DNA of 64,000 nt, taken from assembly GCF_035084215.1 (NCBI RefSeq), contig NC_090339.1, positions 29,822,001-29,886,000 on the forward strand, written 5' to 3'. Positions within the stretch are counted from its first letter, which is position 1, and each line of letters opens with the position of its first letter. Source of the stretch: Heptranchias perlo (Eukaryota). Positions 12,954-26,003 of this stretch are shown piece by piece. The notes under the pieces were generated by a model that ran no database searches, was not told where the DNA came from, and saw only the letters and a program-made list of their open reading frames with translations. The position numbers were made by a program, and so were the translations under genes.

Positions 12954-15269
12954 ACTGTCCTTTTTTTCATTAGTTTCTTAAGATTTTAAATTTCTTACAA
13001 TTCTTTGCCTCTACATATAGTGGTATATAGTGGTATATACGTTCAGCACACTGACAGCATAGTTTTGCAATTTAGCATGCTGAAGGATCAGCATGAACAA
13101 AGGATGGGTGGCACAGCTGGTCTGGGGTACACAGGGGCTATATCATCTTTACTAGGGCTGCTTTTGAGTTGGGTCACTCTATTCAGCTGAGCACCAATAT
13201 TAATTTGCTGTCATTGCCATCAACCTAACCCTCCCTTCTGCAAGGACGTGGTGAGAGATTTGTGAGAAGGGACTTGTTGCACAGACCCGCAGGAAGTGAG
13301 TCCAGACTGATATTTTCCCAGTTTCAGGCAGAGGCCATACATCACATGCTGTAACTAGTATATGTCCCACGGATGCTTAATACACATGTTTGTGGTGGCA
13401 GAGGTGGGTGTTCATCATAGTGAGGGAGGGGAGTAAGTGGGTAAATTTTTGCTAAATTATGCTAATCTGTACACCTCAGGTGCACCTTGTATCCCTGGGG
13501 CTAGGCCTAGAAGACAGTGTAGATCACTTCCAAAAATGGTTAGCTTAGGAGGCAAGACCCGAGACTTTGTATAATACGCCCCTCTAGACATATCGGATAG
13601 AAATATGGGCACGCCTGAAAGGTGAGGTCTGAAGTGCCCCCAATATTGGACCTCATTGCAATGGAGCTGATGTGGTGCGAACAGCCAGCCGGTGAAGAGC
13701 AAACCATGTGGTGCTGTTAGCGTCACAATGTCAGGAAAGTGAAGCCGGGGGTCGGGAGATAGGTGGCCAGGGAGGAAGATCAGAGGGCTGAGTTCTTTAA
13801 ATATGGGGTCAGGAGGAGCACTCCAGCTCCTCCTGGCTCCACATTCAGTGAAGTAAATTTCAACAACTTACCTTTTTGGTAGCAGGAGGTCCCAAGGTCT
13901 GGTGTTACTGAGTGCAGCCAGCACTGGCACCGCTTCCTCAGGGCAAACCAACCATGCAGTGGGGGACTCAAAAAGGCATTTGGTCCCTTATTTGCATATG
14001 CAATGGGTCAAAAACCTGTTAGAGGCATAGGCTCTGGACACCTATTTTGTTTCCTTCACCAATATGGCGGGCGACGTACTACCGCCTGCAAATGTGTGTG
14101 CACTTCCTGCCTGCCATATTAGGGGCTTAGTAGGCCACTAAGCACCTGAAAAACAGGCGCTGTGCGGCTGAATTTGTAAGCTGTTTGCCCCACCATTCAT
14201 CCAATAGAGAGGAACAGAAGTTATGAAGCTTATGTGTGGCTCTTTCAAGATCTATACTATTATTGTAACTATAGGGTGCTCTTTTACTCACTCTGTCCGC
14301 TTGCCAGAGGGAGTAAAAAAAACCCAGAGTTACATGGACACTCTGAGGTGCACTATCAATTAATGGAAAAATCCCTTCAAGATGAGAGAAGGGCAGCTTA
14401 GTCAGTGGGGGGGCCAATAAGGCTGGATTCCAAGCCATCATACCTCTGAGCTGGGCAGCTCAGTAACAGTAATTTCTAACCACACAGTTCTAAAATATAA
14501 AACATAATAACAAGAGTGACAGGATAGTAGCACTCTACATTCCTCAACTTCTTTCAGGTTTACACCCTAAGTGCACAACAGAAAGAATGTTGTCCCTAGA
14601 ATTGGGCAAGGGGCTTGTGAAATAAAAATAGTTGAACCGTGACATTTTAATTTCCTTCCTGCTCCTCCAAAGAGCAATGGAAATTTTGACTTTTTTTCCA
14701 TTCATTATTTCTGTTACATACTAATAACCATAATGTACTCTTCCCTTTCAGGGCTCACCCTTAGCCGTTCAGCTATTAACATTTTTGGCGTCACTGTTTC
14801 CTCTGGTTTTAAAGGCAATTCTCACATCTTTACTATTGCTAAAGTCAACTCCAAGAAACTCAGCTTTGTCTTTTATGCCAAACACTTCCTCTTTAAGTCT
14901 GTATAAATCCCAAATCCATCCCAGATTTGAATACTGCTCCCATCTCTCTTGTAACCCTCTGGTCTCTTTCAGCATGCAAGATTGCTTAATAAAGGATTCT
15001 TCTCTCTCACTCTCTTTCTTGTTCAGTAGTTTTTCAAATTTTTCAATTTGTTACATTTCTTTGTCTCTACTTATTTGACATTCACTTTCCTTTCTTGCCA
15101 GTAGTTCTTCTCCTTTCTCACTTCTTATTTCCATTTTCTCAATGTGTTTTTGCTTCTGGGTTAGCTCTCAGGTGCTGCTGTCTAGATGTTAGTGGGGTTT
15201 GTCAGGAATTTAATGCCTGTTTTTTAATTACTATTTAAAATACTCACACGTGATTTAGAAGTGGCAGAA

Positions 15270-18050
15270 GAAACAAAGATGCCTGAGTTTGCTGGTGATA
15301 TCCAAGTGGAGGGGGCATTGCAAAATACAAAGGATTTGGATAGATTATGAAGTTGGACTGACTGACAAGTGCAGATTTTGTTTAATATGGTTGAATGCAA
15401 GGTGACGAGACTGGGGAGGGGGAATAAGCAGTGGGAGTATAAACTAAATGGTATTACTCTGCAGCACACAGTAGTGGTGAGGGATCTAAGTGTACTAGTG
15501 GATGGCTCACTGAAACCATTAGCACAACAGGCACCAGCAGTTAAAAGAGCAGAATTAGAGAAACAAATAGAATAGGAGAAAATAGAATATGAAAGTAAAC
15601 TAGCAAGAATTATAAAAATGGATTGTAAGAGCATCTACAAGTATGTAAAAAGGAAGAGAGTAGCAAAAATAAACATTGGTCCCTTAGAGGCTGAGACAGG
15701 AGAAATTATAATGGGGAATAACAAAATGGCAGAGACGTTAAACAAATATTTTGTATCTGTCTTCACAGCAGAAGACACAAAAAGCAGATGAAAAATAGGG
15801 GAGAACCAAGGGGCTAATGAGAGTGAGGAACTTAAAATAATTGATATCAGTAGAGAAAAAATACTGGAGAAAATAATGGGAGTAAAAGCTGATAAATCTC
15901 CTGGACCTGATGGGCTACATTCTAGGGTTCTAAAAGAGGTGGCTGCAGAGATAGTGGATTAATTGGTTATGATCTTCCAAAATTCCCTAGATTCTAGAAC
16001 AGTCCCAGTGGATTGGAAGGTAGCAAATGTAACCTCGCTATTTAAGAAAGGAGGGAGAGAGAAAACAGGGAAATGCTGGAATCCATTATTAAGGAAGTAG
16101 TAACAGGGCACTTAGAAAATCATAATATGGTTAGGCAGAGTCAACACGGTTTTATGAAAGGGAAATCATGTTTGACAAATTTATTAGAGTTTTTTGAGGA
16201 TGTAATTAGCAGGGTAGATAAAGGGGAACTATTAGATGTAGTATATTTGGATTTTCAAAAGGCATTCGATAAGGTGCCACATAAAAGGTTGTTATGCAAG
16301 GTAAGGGCTCATGAGGGTAATATATTAGCATGGATAGAGGATTGGTTAATGGACAGAAAACAGAAAGTAGCGATAAAAGTGGCTACGAGAGCAGGTCAGA
16401 GACTGGGTATTCTGCGGCGAGTGACTCACCTCCTGACTCCCCAAAGCCTTTCCACCATCTACAAGGCACAAGTCAGGAGTGTGATGGAATCCTCTCCACT
16501 TGCCTGGATGAGTGCAGCTCCAACAACACTCAAGAAGCTCGACACCATCCAAGATAAAGCAGCCCGCTTGATTGGCACCCCATCCACCACCCTAAACGTT
16601 CACTCCCTTCACCACCGGCGCACTGTGGCTACAGTGTGCACCATCCACAGGATGCACTGCAGCAACTCGCCAAGGCTTCTTCGACAGCACCTCCCAAACC
16701 CGCGACCTCTACCACCTAGAAGGACAAGGGCAGCAGGCGCATGGGAACAACACCACCTGCACGTTCCCCTCCAAGTCACACACCATCCCGACTTGGAAAT
16801 ATATCGCCGTTCCTTCATTGTCGCTGGGTCAAAATCCTGGAACTCCCTTCCTAACAGCACTGTGGGAGAACCGTCACCACACGGACTGCAGCGATTCAAG
16901 AAGGCGGCTCACCACCACCTTCTCAAGGGCAATTAGGGATGGGCAATAAATGCCGGCCTTGCCAGCGACGCCCACATCCCGTGAACGAATAAAAAAAATT
17001 TTAAAAAAAATTTTTTCAGGTTGGCAGGCTGTAACTAGTGGGGTGCCGCAAGGACCGGTGCTTGGGCCTCAGCTATTTACAATCTATATTAACGACTTGG
17101 ATGAAGGGACTGAGTGTAATGTATCCAAGTTTGCTGACGATACAAAGCTAGGTGAGGAGGACACAAAGAGTCTGCAAAGGGATATAGACAGATTAGGTGA
17201 GTGGGCAAGAAGGTGGCAAATGGAATACAATGTGGGGAAATGTGAGGTTATTCACTTTGGTAGGAAGAATAGAAAAGCAGAATATTTTTTAAACAGTGAG
17301 AAACTATTAAATGTTGGTGTTCAGAGAGATTTGGGTGTCCTCATAGAAGAAACACAAAAAGTTAGCATGCAGGTACAGCAAGCAATAAGGAAAGCAAATG
17401 GCATTTTGGCCTTTATTGCAAGGGGGTTGGAATACAAGAGTAAGGAAGTCTTACTACAATTGTACAGGGCTTTGGTGAGACCTCATCCAGAGTACTGTAT
17501 AGAGTTTTGGACTCCTTATCTAAGGAAGGATATACTTGCCTTAAAGGCGGTGCAACGAAGGTTCACTAGATTGATTCCTGGGATGAGAGGGTTGTCCTAT
17601 GCGGAGATGTTGAGTAGAATGCGCCTAAACGCTCTAGAGTTTAGAAGAATGAGAGGTGATCACATTGAAACATACACGATTCTGAGGGGGGCTTGACAGG
17701 GTAGATGCTGAGTGGTTGTTTCCCATGGCTGAAGAGTCTAGAACCAGGGGTCACAGTCTGAGGATAAGGGGTCAGCTATTTATGACTGAGATGAGGAGGA
17801 ATTTCTTCACGCAAATGGTTGTGAATCTTTAGAATTCTCTACCCCAGAGGGCTGTGGATGCTGAGTCATTGAATACGTTCAAGGCTGAGGTAGATAGATT
17901 TTTGGACTCTAGGGAAATCAAGGGATATGGGGATCCGGCAGGAAAGTGGAGTCGAGGTTGAAGATCAGCCATGTTCTTATTGAATGGCGGAGCAGGCTCG
18001 AAAGTTTGTATGGCTTACCACTGCTCCTATTTCTAATGTTTCTTATGTTA
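15270..18050 (+). mobile_element. CR1-type LINE(s), decayed, interrupted by a family-B LINE
   Basis: RT motifs in ORF 16073.. (SQHGFMKGKSCLTNL, YLDFQKAFDKVPH) and ORF 16950..17696 (GVPQGPVLGP, FADDTK). Typical CR1 3' UTR ends at about 18050. Confidence 0.92.
16379..17010 (+). mobile_element. 5'-truncated family-B LINE nested in CR1
   Basis: VATRAGQRLGILRRVTHLLTPQSLSTIYKAQVRS... through to the A tail. It splits the host between RKQKVAI and FSGWQAVTSGVPQG. Confidence 0.9.
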
Positions 18051-18604
18051 CTTATTCTATAAAGGGGGAGTGAATTCTAATAAATTGTCACATATTGCTG
18101 GTTGCTGTAAGGGGACAATCTGTATAGATATGTATGTCTCTCGTTAGCCCTCGTGTTCCTATGGAATTGGTCTGATGCTCAACTCCACTGACATCACAGA
18201 ATGCAAAACTTCTCACAGCCTGCTATCACCGTACCAGGATATCACTGGAGCAGAACGTATTGATTCATGATGTGCGATGATTCTGCAAAGTGTTTGCATT
18301 TTTATATGTACATGTTCTATTTCAAAATGCAAATCATTACTAACAAATAGATTGTAATTGAAACAGGAAAACTGGCAAATATTGAACAATTACAGTCAAA
18401 AGTTGAACATTTAAAAAAAATATATTATCGACAGAAGGGGGAAGTTGTACACCATTTTCTACATTGATATAGTTTGTGATATATACATTCAGCAAGGTAT
18501 TTCCCAGACACCACATAGACAGCATAGTTTTGCATATTTATAGGGTGATTTAAGATCTTCAGGACAAGGGTGGACATGGGATGGGGCTGGCACAGCCGGA
18601 AGGC

Positions 18605-20195
18605 AGAGTCTCAGCAAAGGAAGATGCAGTTGAGATACTGGATGGGCTAAACATTTATAGAGGAGGGACTAGAAAGGCTTGCTGTACTTAAAGTAGGTAA
18701 GTCACCTGCTCCAGATGGGATGCATCCTAGGTTGCTGAGGGAAGTAAGGGTGGAAATTGCGGAGGTACTGCCCACAATCTTCCAAATATCCTTAGATACG
18801 GGGGTGGTTCCAGAGGACTGGAGAATTGTAAATGTTACACCCTTGTTCAAAAAAGGGTGTAAGGATAAACCCAGCAACTACAGGTGAGTCATTTTAGCCT
18901 CGGTGGTGGGGAACCTATTAGAAACGATAATCCGGGACAGAATTAACAGTCACTTGGACGAGTGTGGATTGATTAGGGATAGCCGGTACGGATTTGTTAA
19001 AGGCAAATCGTATTTAATCAAATTGATAGAGTTTTTTGATAAGGTAACAGAGGGTCGATGCGGGCAATGCAGTTGATGTGGTGTATATGGACTTTCAAAA
19101 GGCGTTTGATAAATAGTCTTGTCATCAAGATTAAAGCCCATGGAATAAAAGGGGCAGTAGCAGCATGGATACAGAATTGGCTAAGTGACAAGAAACAGAG
19201 AGTAGTGGTAAACGGTTGTTTTTCGGACTGGAGGGAGGTGTACAGTGGTGTTCCCCAGGGGTTGGTACTAGGAACACTGCTTTTCTTGATATATATTAAT
19301 GACTTGGGTGTACAGGGCACAATTTCAAAATTTGCAGATGACACAAAACCTGGAAGTGTGGTGAGCAATCAGGAGGATACTGATAGACTCCAAGAGGATA
19401 TAGACAGGCTGGTGGCATGGGTGGACACGTGGCAGATGAAATTTAATGCAGAAAAATGCGAAGTGATACATTTTGGTAGGAAGAATGAGGAGAGGCACTA
19501 TAAACTAAAGGGCACAATTCTAAAAGGGGTGCAGGAACAGAGAGATCTGGGGGTATATGTACACATAGTGGCAGTGGCAGGGCAGGTTGAGAAAACAGTT
19601 AAAAAAGCATACGGGATCCTGGGCTTTATAAATAGGAGCATGGAGTACAAAAGCAAAGAAGTCATGATGAACCTTTATAAAACACTGGTTTGGCCACAAC
19701 CGGAGTATTGTGTCCAGTTCTGGGCACCACACTTTAGAAAAGATGTGAAGGCCCTAGAGAGGGTGCAGAAGAGATTTACTAGAATGATTTCAGGGATGAG
19801 GGACTTTAGTTACGTGGATAGACTGGAGAGGTTGGGGTTGTTCGCCTTGGAACAGAGACAGTTGAGAGGAGATTTGATAGAGGTATTCAAAATCATGAAG
19901 GATGTAGACAGAGTAGATAGAGAGAAACTGTTCCCATTGGCGGAAGGGTCAAGAACCAGAGGACATAGATTTAAGGTGATTGGCAAAAGAACTCTATGTA
20001 CGAGCAATCCAGCCAGTCCCACTGCCCTGCCCTATCCCCGTAGCCCTGCAAATGTTTTCCTTTCAAGTCCTTATCCAGTTCCCTTTTGAAAGCCACGATT
20101 GAATCTGCCTCCACCACCCCCTCTGGCAGTGTACATAGAGCCGGCACGGACTCGATGGGACAAATGGCCTCCTTCCGTGCTGTAACCTTTCTATG
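18605..20195 (+). mobile_element. CR1-type LINE with inverted 3' segment
   Basis: ORF 19058..20089 (GVPQGLVLG, FADDTK, EYCVQFWAP). Segment 19992-20131 is CR1 3' sequence in reverse orientation. Confidence 0.92.
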
Positions 20196-21664
20196 AAGGG
20201 GTACACAGGGGCAGTTCCATCTTTGCTAGGGCTGCTTTTGAGTTGGTTCACTCTTTCTACTTAGCTGAGGACCAACATTAATTTGCTGTCATTGCTATCA
20301 ACCTAACCCTCCCTTCTGCAGGGAGGTGTTGTGAGACTTGGGAAGGGAATTATTGCACAGACCTGCAAGAGGTGGGTCCAGACTAATATTTTCCCAGTTT
20401 CAGGCAGATGCCATACATCACGTGCTGTGACTAACATATGTTTTACAGATACTTATTGAACATGCTTGTGGTGAGGGTTCACCATAGTGGGTTGGGGGGG
20501 GGCGGTGGGGAAGTTGGAGAGTTAATGACTACACATTTGCTGCTAGCACTTAAAATTATGGTAATCTGTACTTCTCAAATGGACCTAGCATCTCTGGGGA
20601 CAGGCCTAGCAGAGGGTGGGGTGAGTGTGAGGGGACGCTAAGGCTGGCACCCCAGATCACTTTGAAAAATGGTTTTGGAGGTTGGGCTAGAAGATATATA
20701 TAATGCGCCCCTCCAGTCATATCCTCTCCAGCAGTCATCCAACGGTGAGGGGCAGAACAAATGAAGCTTATGTGGGGTATCTCTCTCTCTTATTTAGCCT
20801 TGTATTCTCCTATCTGTTCTATCTTGTTCCTCCCGAGCTTTCGAAACGGCCATGCTACACATTGTTCTTGCTCCGTGAATCCTCACTCATTGTATTGCAG
20901 TCAAGAGCCATACTACAGTCTCTAACTAAATTCATGCTTCCAAGGACCTCAAAAATCGTGGGACTCCTTAATTTTCCTCATGTCGTGTCATTGGCAAACG
21001 TTTAGTATTACCTAACCACTATTTCTTGATTTACTTTCCTAGTCTTCTGTATCTTGTAGGTACCTTGGGTTCTCAATAATACAAATATCATGTATATGTA
21101 TTATGTAGCAATATACTCCCCGCTGATGAAAAAAGTTAGATGAAACATTTTCTATTGTCTTGTAAACAATATTTTAATACGGTTTCTGAACGAATTAAGG
21201 CGGGAAACAAACTGTTGGATTACTCGTGATCCTGACTATAGCAACAGCATCATTCCGCTTTGTTTATGGAATTCACCCTGCCGCAGACTCCACACATTTT
21301 CAAAGTTTAAAATAGCGACTTTCAGATTATTTTAATCCCGTAGAGGAGCAAATATAGCCTTAATTTTAAGATTTTAAAATATGGTATACCCGTGAATAAG
21401 ATTCAAAAACAAATGAAAAATGATAACTCAAAGAATTGCAGTGAAAATATTTTTCCCTTATTCCAATTTTCTGGGCTGCCTTTTTGATGATGTTATTAAT
21501 TCTTGTAATTTGCAACAATCTCGCACATAAAGCATGACGAATAAGGAAGCTGGCTGTAAGAGCTCGTAAGGTGTAAAACATGTTGTCTGTGAAAATACAC
21601 CAGGAGGTGATCACATTATGGAATTCAATCCCTGCTATTTCCTCCTCCTATGCTCAGCTGACAG

Positions 21665-21736
21665 TATAAAGCTGGGAGCCGCGAAGGTTTAAAATAACAG
21701 CGAGGAAGGTGCTCTCCACGGACACTACATGTAAGC
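21665..21736 (+). promoter_or_regulatory. Putative TATA box and short non-coding first exon of the SatP-YrdC gene
   Basis: TATAAA at 21665-21670 is followed by a short CpG-containing stretch ending in a strong donor (CAT|gtaagc at 21731). The ATG exon at 25993 begins with an acceptor, so an upstream exon is needed. Confidence 0.5.
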
Positions 21737-22899
21737 AGCCGTAACATTTCATTGTACAGTGCATTCGATTAGATGATGCTATTTGTTAATATAGAAACAG
21801 CCCAGGGGTCCAAAAATCTAGAGCAAAGGTTATATCGTTTAAAATTAAGATAATTTAATACATTTATAATCATTGGCTTCGATATCCAAATATTTCTCCA
21901 GAGGGGAAGTAAACTGAAATATCGGTCGAACATGGGCGTATGAAGACAGCTAAAATTGGTTAGATACCTTGATTTTAATTGTGCAATATTAACATAATCC
22001 GATTTAATAAATGCGTTTATGATAATATACTCAGATAACTTTTTCGTTCTAAAATATTTGTGGATCAGATCCAATAAGGACTGACGAATGATATTTTAAC
22101 AATTTCAGGGAAAAGATTAAATAAAACAAATTTCATGTTTCTACTAATATATGGGACTAATTTCCGGTTGTAAAACAAGCGTTAACACAGTTCTGAAAGC
22201 AAGTGGAGCAAATCACTTTCAGAGACCATTACTGTCAATCGGTGATGTGGTGCCTGGTACAATGACACTATTTCAAACTAGGTTCTCTGGACTCCCCCGA
22301 TTCCGCAAGAATGAGTCCTAGACATTGTCAGATTTCTGAACTTTTCTGGAAACACTCAGCCGTTCAGGCAGCATCTATCCTAGCCCTCCCTACCTTCTCT
22401 CCACAGATGCTGCCTGACCTGCAGAGCGTTTACAGCATTTTCTGTTTTTATTTCAGATTTCCAGCAGCTGCAGTAATTTTCTGAATTGTTCTGATTTCTT
22501 GATAGCATGTTATTGCTGTTGCAATGTGCTAATAAAACGTTTTATGCAATTATTGCACTGTTTTCCTTTGGTTGCTGGTCTTGTTTTTGGGAAGATAGGG
22601 ATGGGGATCCCCAGCAATATCATGCAGAAAAGTTTAAAAACCTGTGTGGATATTGTACTTTCTTCATTACCCGTAGATGGCGCCACCTTCATAAGGCTAG
22701 ATCCATGGAGACACCTGCAGGATTTCAATTGGTGCTAAATTCACTCTCATTGAACCCTCCAGTTACTGAATCGCCTTTGAAAATTTTAAAAGAGTCATTA
22801 TTTGTGTAATGCAGTGCTGCTTAGATTGATTATGATTAAAATCGAATGTAGAGTACATTGAACTAAATTGTTCCAATTAGTACTAATAGCAGAATATTC

Positions 22900-25070
22900 T
22901 TTTAACAACAACTTACATTTGTATAGCGACTTTAAAGTAGAAAAATGTCCCAAGGTACTTTGTAATAGATGCCGAGCCATAGAAGAATATGTTAGGTGAG
23001 GTGACCAATAGCAGGGTCAAAATGCCAGAGTTGGAGGAGTGGAGAGTATGGACGAGGGGAGAGAGTCATAGGGCTGGAGGAGATTAGAGAGATAGGGGAG
23101 CACAAGGCCATGAAAGGATTTAAACACAAGGATGAGGATTTTAAATCTGAGGCATTAGGAAACCAGGAGCCAATGTAGGTCAGTGAGGACCACTGAATGA
23201 GTGGGACTTTATGTGGGATAAAATATGGGCAGCAAAGTTTTGGATGTGCTGAAGGTTTTGGAAAGTTGACGATGGGTGGCCAGCCAGGAAAGCACTATAA
23301 TAGTTGCATCTGGAGGTGATAAAGACATGGATGAGGGTTTCAACAAAAGATGGACTGAGGTCAGCAACTCAGCTCAGGGAGGAATCAGACGCCGAAGTTG
23401 CGAACAATGTGGTTCAGCCTGAGACAGTGGCTGGGGGTGGAAATAGAATCAATGGCAAGGTACAGAGCTTGTGGCAGGAGCAAAAAAAATGGCTTTGGTC
23501 TTCCAAATGTTTAACCAGAGGAAACTGCAGCTCAAGCAGATCTGCACATCAGACAAGCAGCCTAACAATACAGAGACAGTGGAGGGGTTGAGAGAACTAG
23601 TAGAGTTGTGCATCATCAATATATATGTGGAAGTTGACCCTATGTCTGTGGATGGTGTTGCCAAGGGGTAGCATGTAGATGAGGGAGAAGAGGGGGCCGA
23701 GGACAGATCCTTGAGGGACTCCAGAAAAACAGGTCAAGGGCAGGAAGAGAAGCCATTTCTCAAGATGCTCTGGCTATGACCGGATAAGTAAGAGTGGAAT
23801 CAAGTGAAGGCAGTTTCACTGAGCTGGACAATAGAGGAGGAATACGGTGTGGGTCAAAGGCTGCAGAGAGGTAGAGGAAGGAAAATGCACCATAGTCAGT
23901 CACAGAGGATGTCATTTGTGACTTTGGTTAGGGTTATTTCAGTGTTGTGGCTGGGATGGAAACCTGAGTGGAGGGATTAAAACAGGGAGTTGCAGAAAAG
24001 ATGGGCAGTTTTGGGCCTTTAAGAGGAAAGCAAGATTGGAGATGGGGTGGACGGAGGGATTAAGGTCGTATTTTTTGAGGAAGATGGCAATGATGGTGGT
24101 TTTGAAAAGGAGGGGACAGTACTGAGGAGATGGAACCATTTGAAATGACAGCCAGCATGGGGGCCAGCAAAGGAAGTTGGGTGGTCAGCAGTTAAGCAGT
24201 CTAGTGGGAATGGTGTCAGGGGAGCAGAAGGTGAGTCTCATGGTTGAGATGAGCTCAGAGAGGGTAAGGAGGGAGATAGAAGATAGACTAGAGAAAGACA
24301 TGGGTTCAGAGGTAGGGCTTGGCTTGATAAGCAAAGAGAAGAGGGGGGAGAAGCAGAAGCAGCTGAACGAGTGGTCTCAACCTTAGTGATGAAGAGGTCC
24401 ATGAGCTCCTCGTACTTGTTGGAGGGGGCAGGGGAGAAGATTTTAAGGAGAAGGCTGGGTTATTTGTGATGAAAAGAAGCCCGGGGCTACCTTTGCTCTC
24501 CAATATGATTTGGACTAGTGGGCGGTTTTGGCAGAGGAGAATGAGGCTCGATAACACTTGATGTGGTCCATCCAGATCAGGTGGTGTATGGCTAAACCAG
24601 TTGTGCACCAGGGGCACTCAAACCTGAACCCTTTGGACTTGAGAAAATGAGGGTGGGGGTCATATCAGGGGGAAGGATTATGATAGAAGAGAGTATAGGT
24701 TTTGCTGGGGACTCAAGGTGGGGCTTGGGTGGCAGTAGACAACAAGGATTTTAAAAGAGAGGTGAGAGTGGTGAAACAGCGTGAGGTGTTCCAAGGAGGA
24801 GAAGGTATTAGAGAGTAGTGGGAGAGATCATGGTGTGAATTGGCGATAACAGCCACACCACTACCATGGCATTTTGGATGGGGAAGGTGGTGGGAAGTAT
24901 AACTAAGTGGAGTGGCTTCGGTAAGTGGCAAGGTGTTGCCACTCTTGACCCAGTTTCAGTCAAAGCTATGATGTCTAGGCAAGCATCCACAATAATGAAT
25001 GGCAAGGGCCTTGTTCATGAGCAAACGGACATTGTGGAGGGAAATGCGGAGAGGAACAGTGATTGTTGAT
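22900..25070 (-). mobile_element. L2-type LINE, decayed (APE endonuclease plus RT remnants)
   Basis: LDIIALTET (APE) in ORF 24808..25005, HPISNLAFL in 23939..24139, and an L2-like 3' tail near 22910. Confidence 0.8.
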
Positions 25071-26003
25071 CCTCTGGCAGAGACCAAGGAGGGGTGAGCG
25101 GGATGGGTAGGAGCTTGGTGAGGTCAGCCCCCAGTGGAAAAAAACTCAACGAGAGAGGAGGATAGGGCAGATGTGGGTGCTACTCATAAGGAAAGGAATG
25201 GGTGCATCGATGGGCTCTTTAGAGAATGCCATGAGAGGCACAGAGTGTGGCTGTGGGTTTATTCAAGGAGGAATCAAGTCTTCGATGACGGCAGGAAAGT
25301 AGGAAGGCGGAGGAGAAGTGATTGGTTGAAGTAGGAATTAGGGGGCAAAGTAACCAAGGGGGAGAAATGAAAGGTCACGTGACAGATTGACAGGAAGGGG
25401 AGGAGACAGAAGAGAAGGGATGGATAAGGGCAAAGAGAAAAAAGAAAAGGAGACAGAAGTATAGGGCTCAGGTCTGGAGCAGTGGCCAAAATGCACACAC
25501 AATTGATTCACAGTTTTGTATTTTGCTGTAGTGAGAATATTGTACTTGTTAAAACAAGTTAAAGCAATTTTAAATCACTTTCATGAGATAACATGTGTTC
25601 AGGAAAATTCACAGGCCCACACATCACCAAATGCTGCTAAACTTGCAGAAGCATGCCTGATCATTAAAGGGTGCTACTGTTCTGTTCGATACTATATCTA
25701 TGTTCCTACATGTTACTGTGTTTACATTTATATGTTACTGTGGCTAAGTTTAATGTTATGATATATAATACATTTATATAGTATCTCCACATCAAGCATT
25801 TCTATGGTATATTTTTCTAAACCATAGGTAATTTTTAATTGTATGATGTATTTTGTCATGAAAGAAGATGTCAAGATCTTGATATGCTTTGTGTTTCATT
25901 CATAAATACATTCTTCATAGATTTAAAGGCAATGTCTAGTTCTTGATGTGCATGTTGCTTAATTCATATATTTCTTTATTCATTTATTCTAGATTTAAAG
26001 GCA

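Noticed and set aside
16073-16936. 287-aa RT-like ORF as a novel gene
   Set aside because: Chance in-frame junction of a CR1 and a nested LINE fragment.
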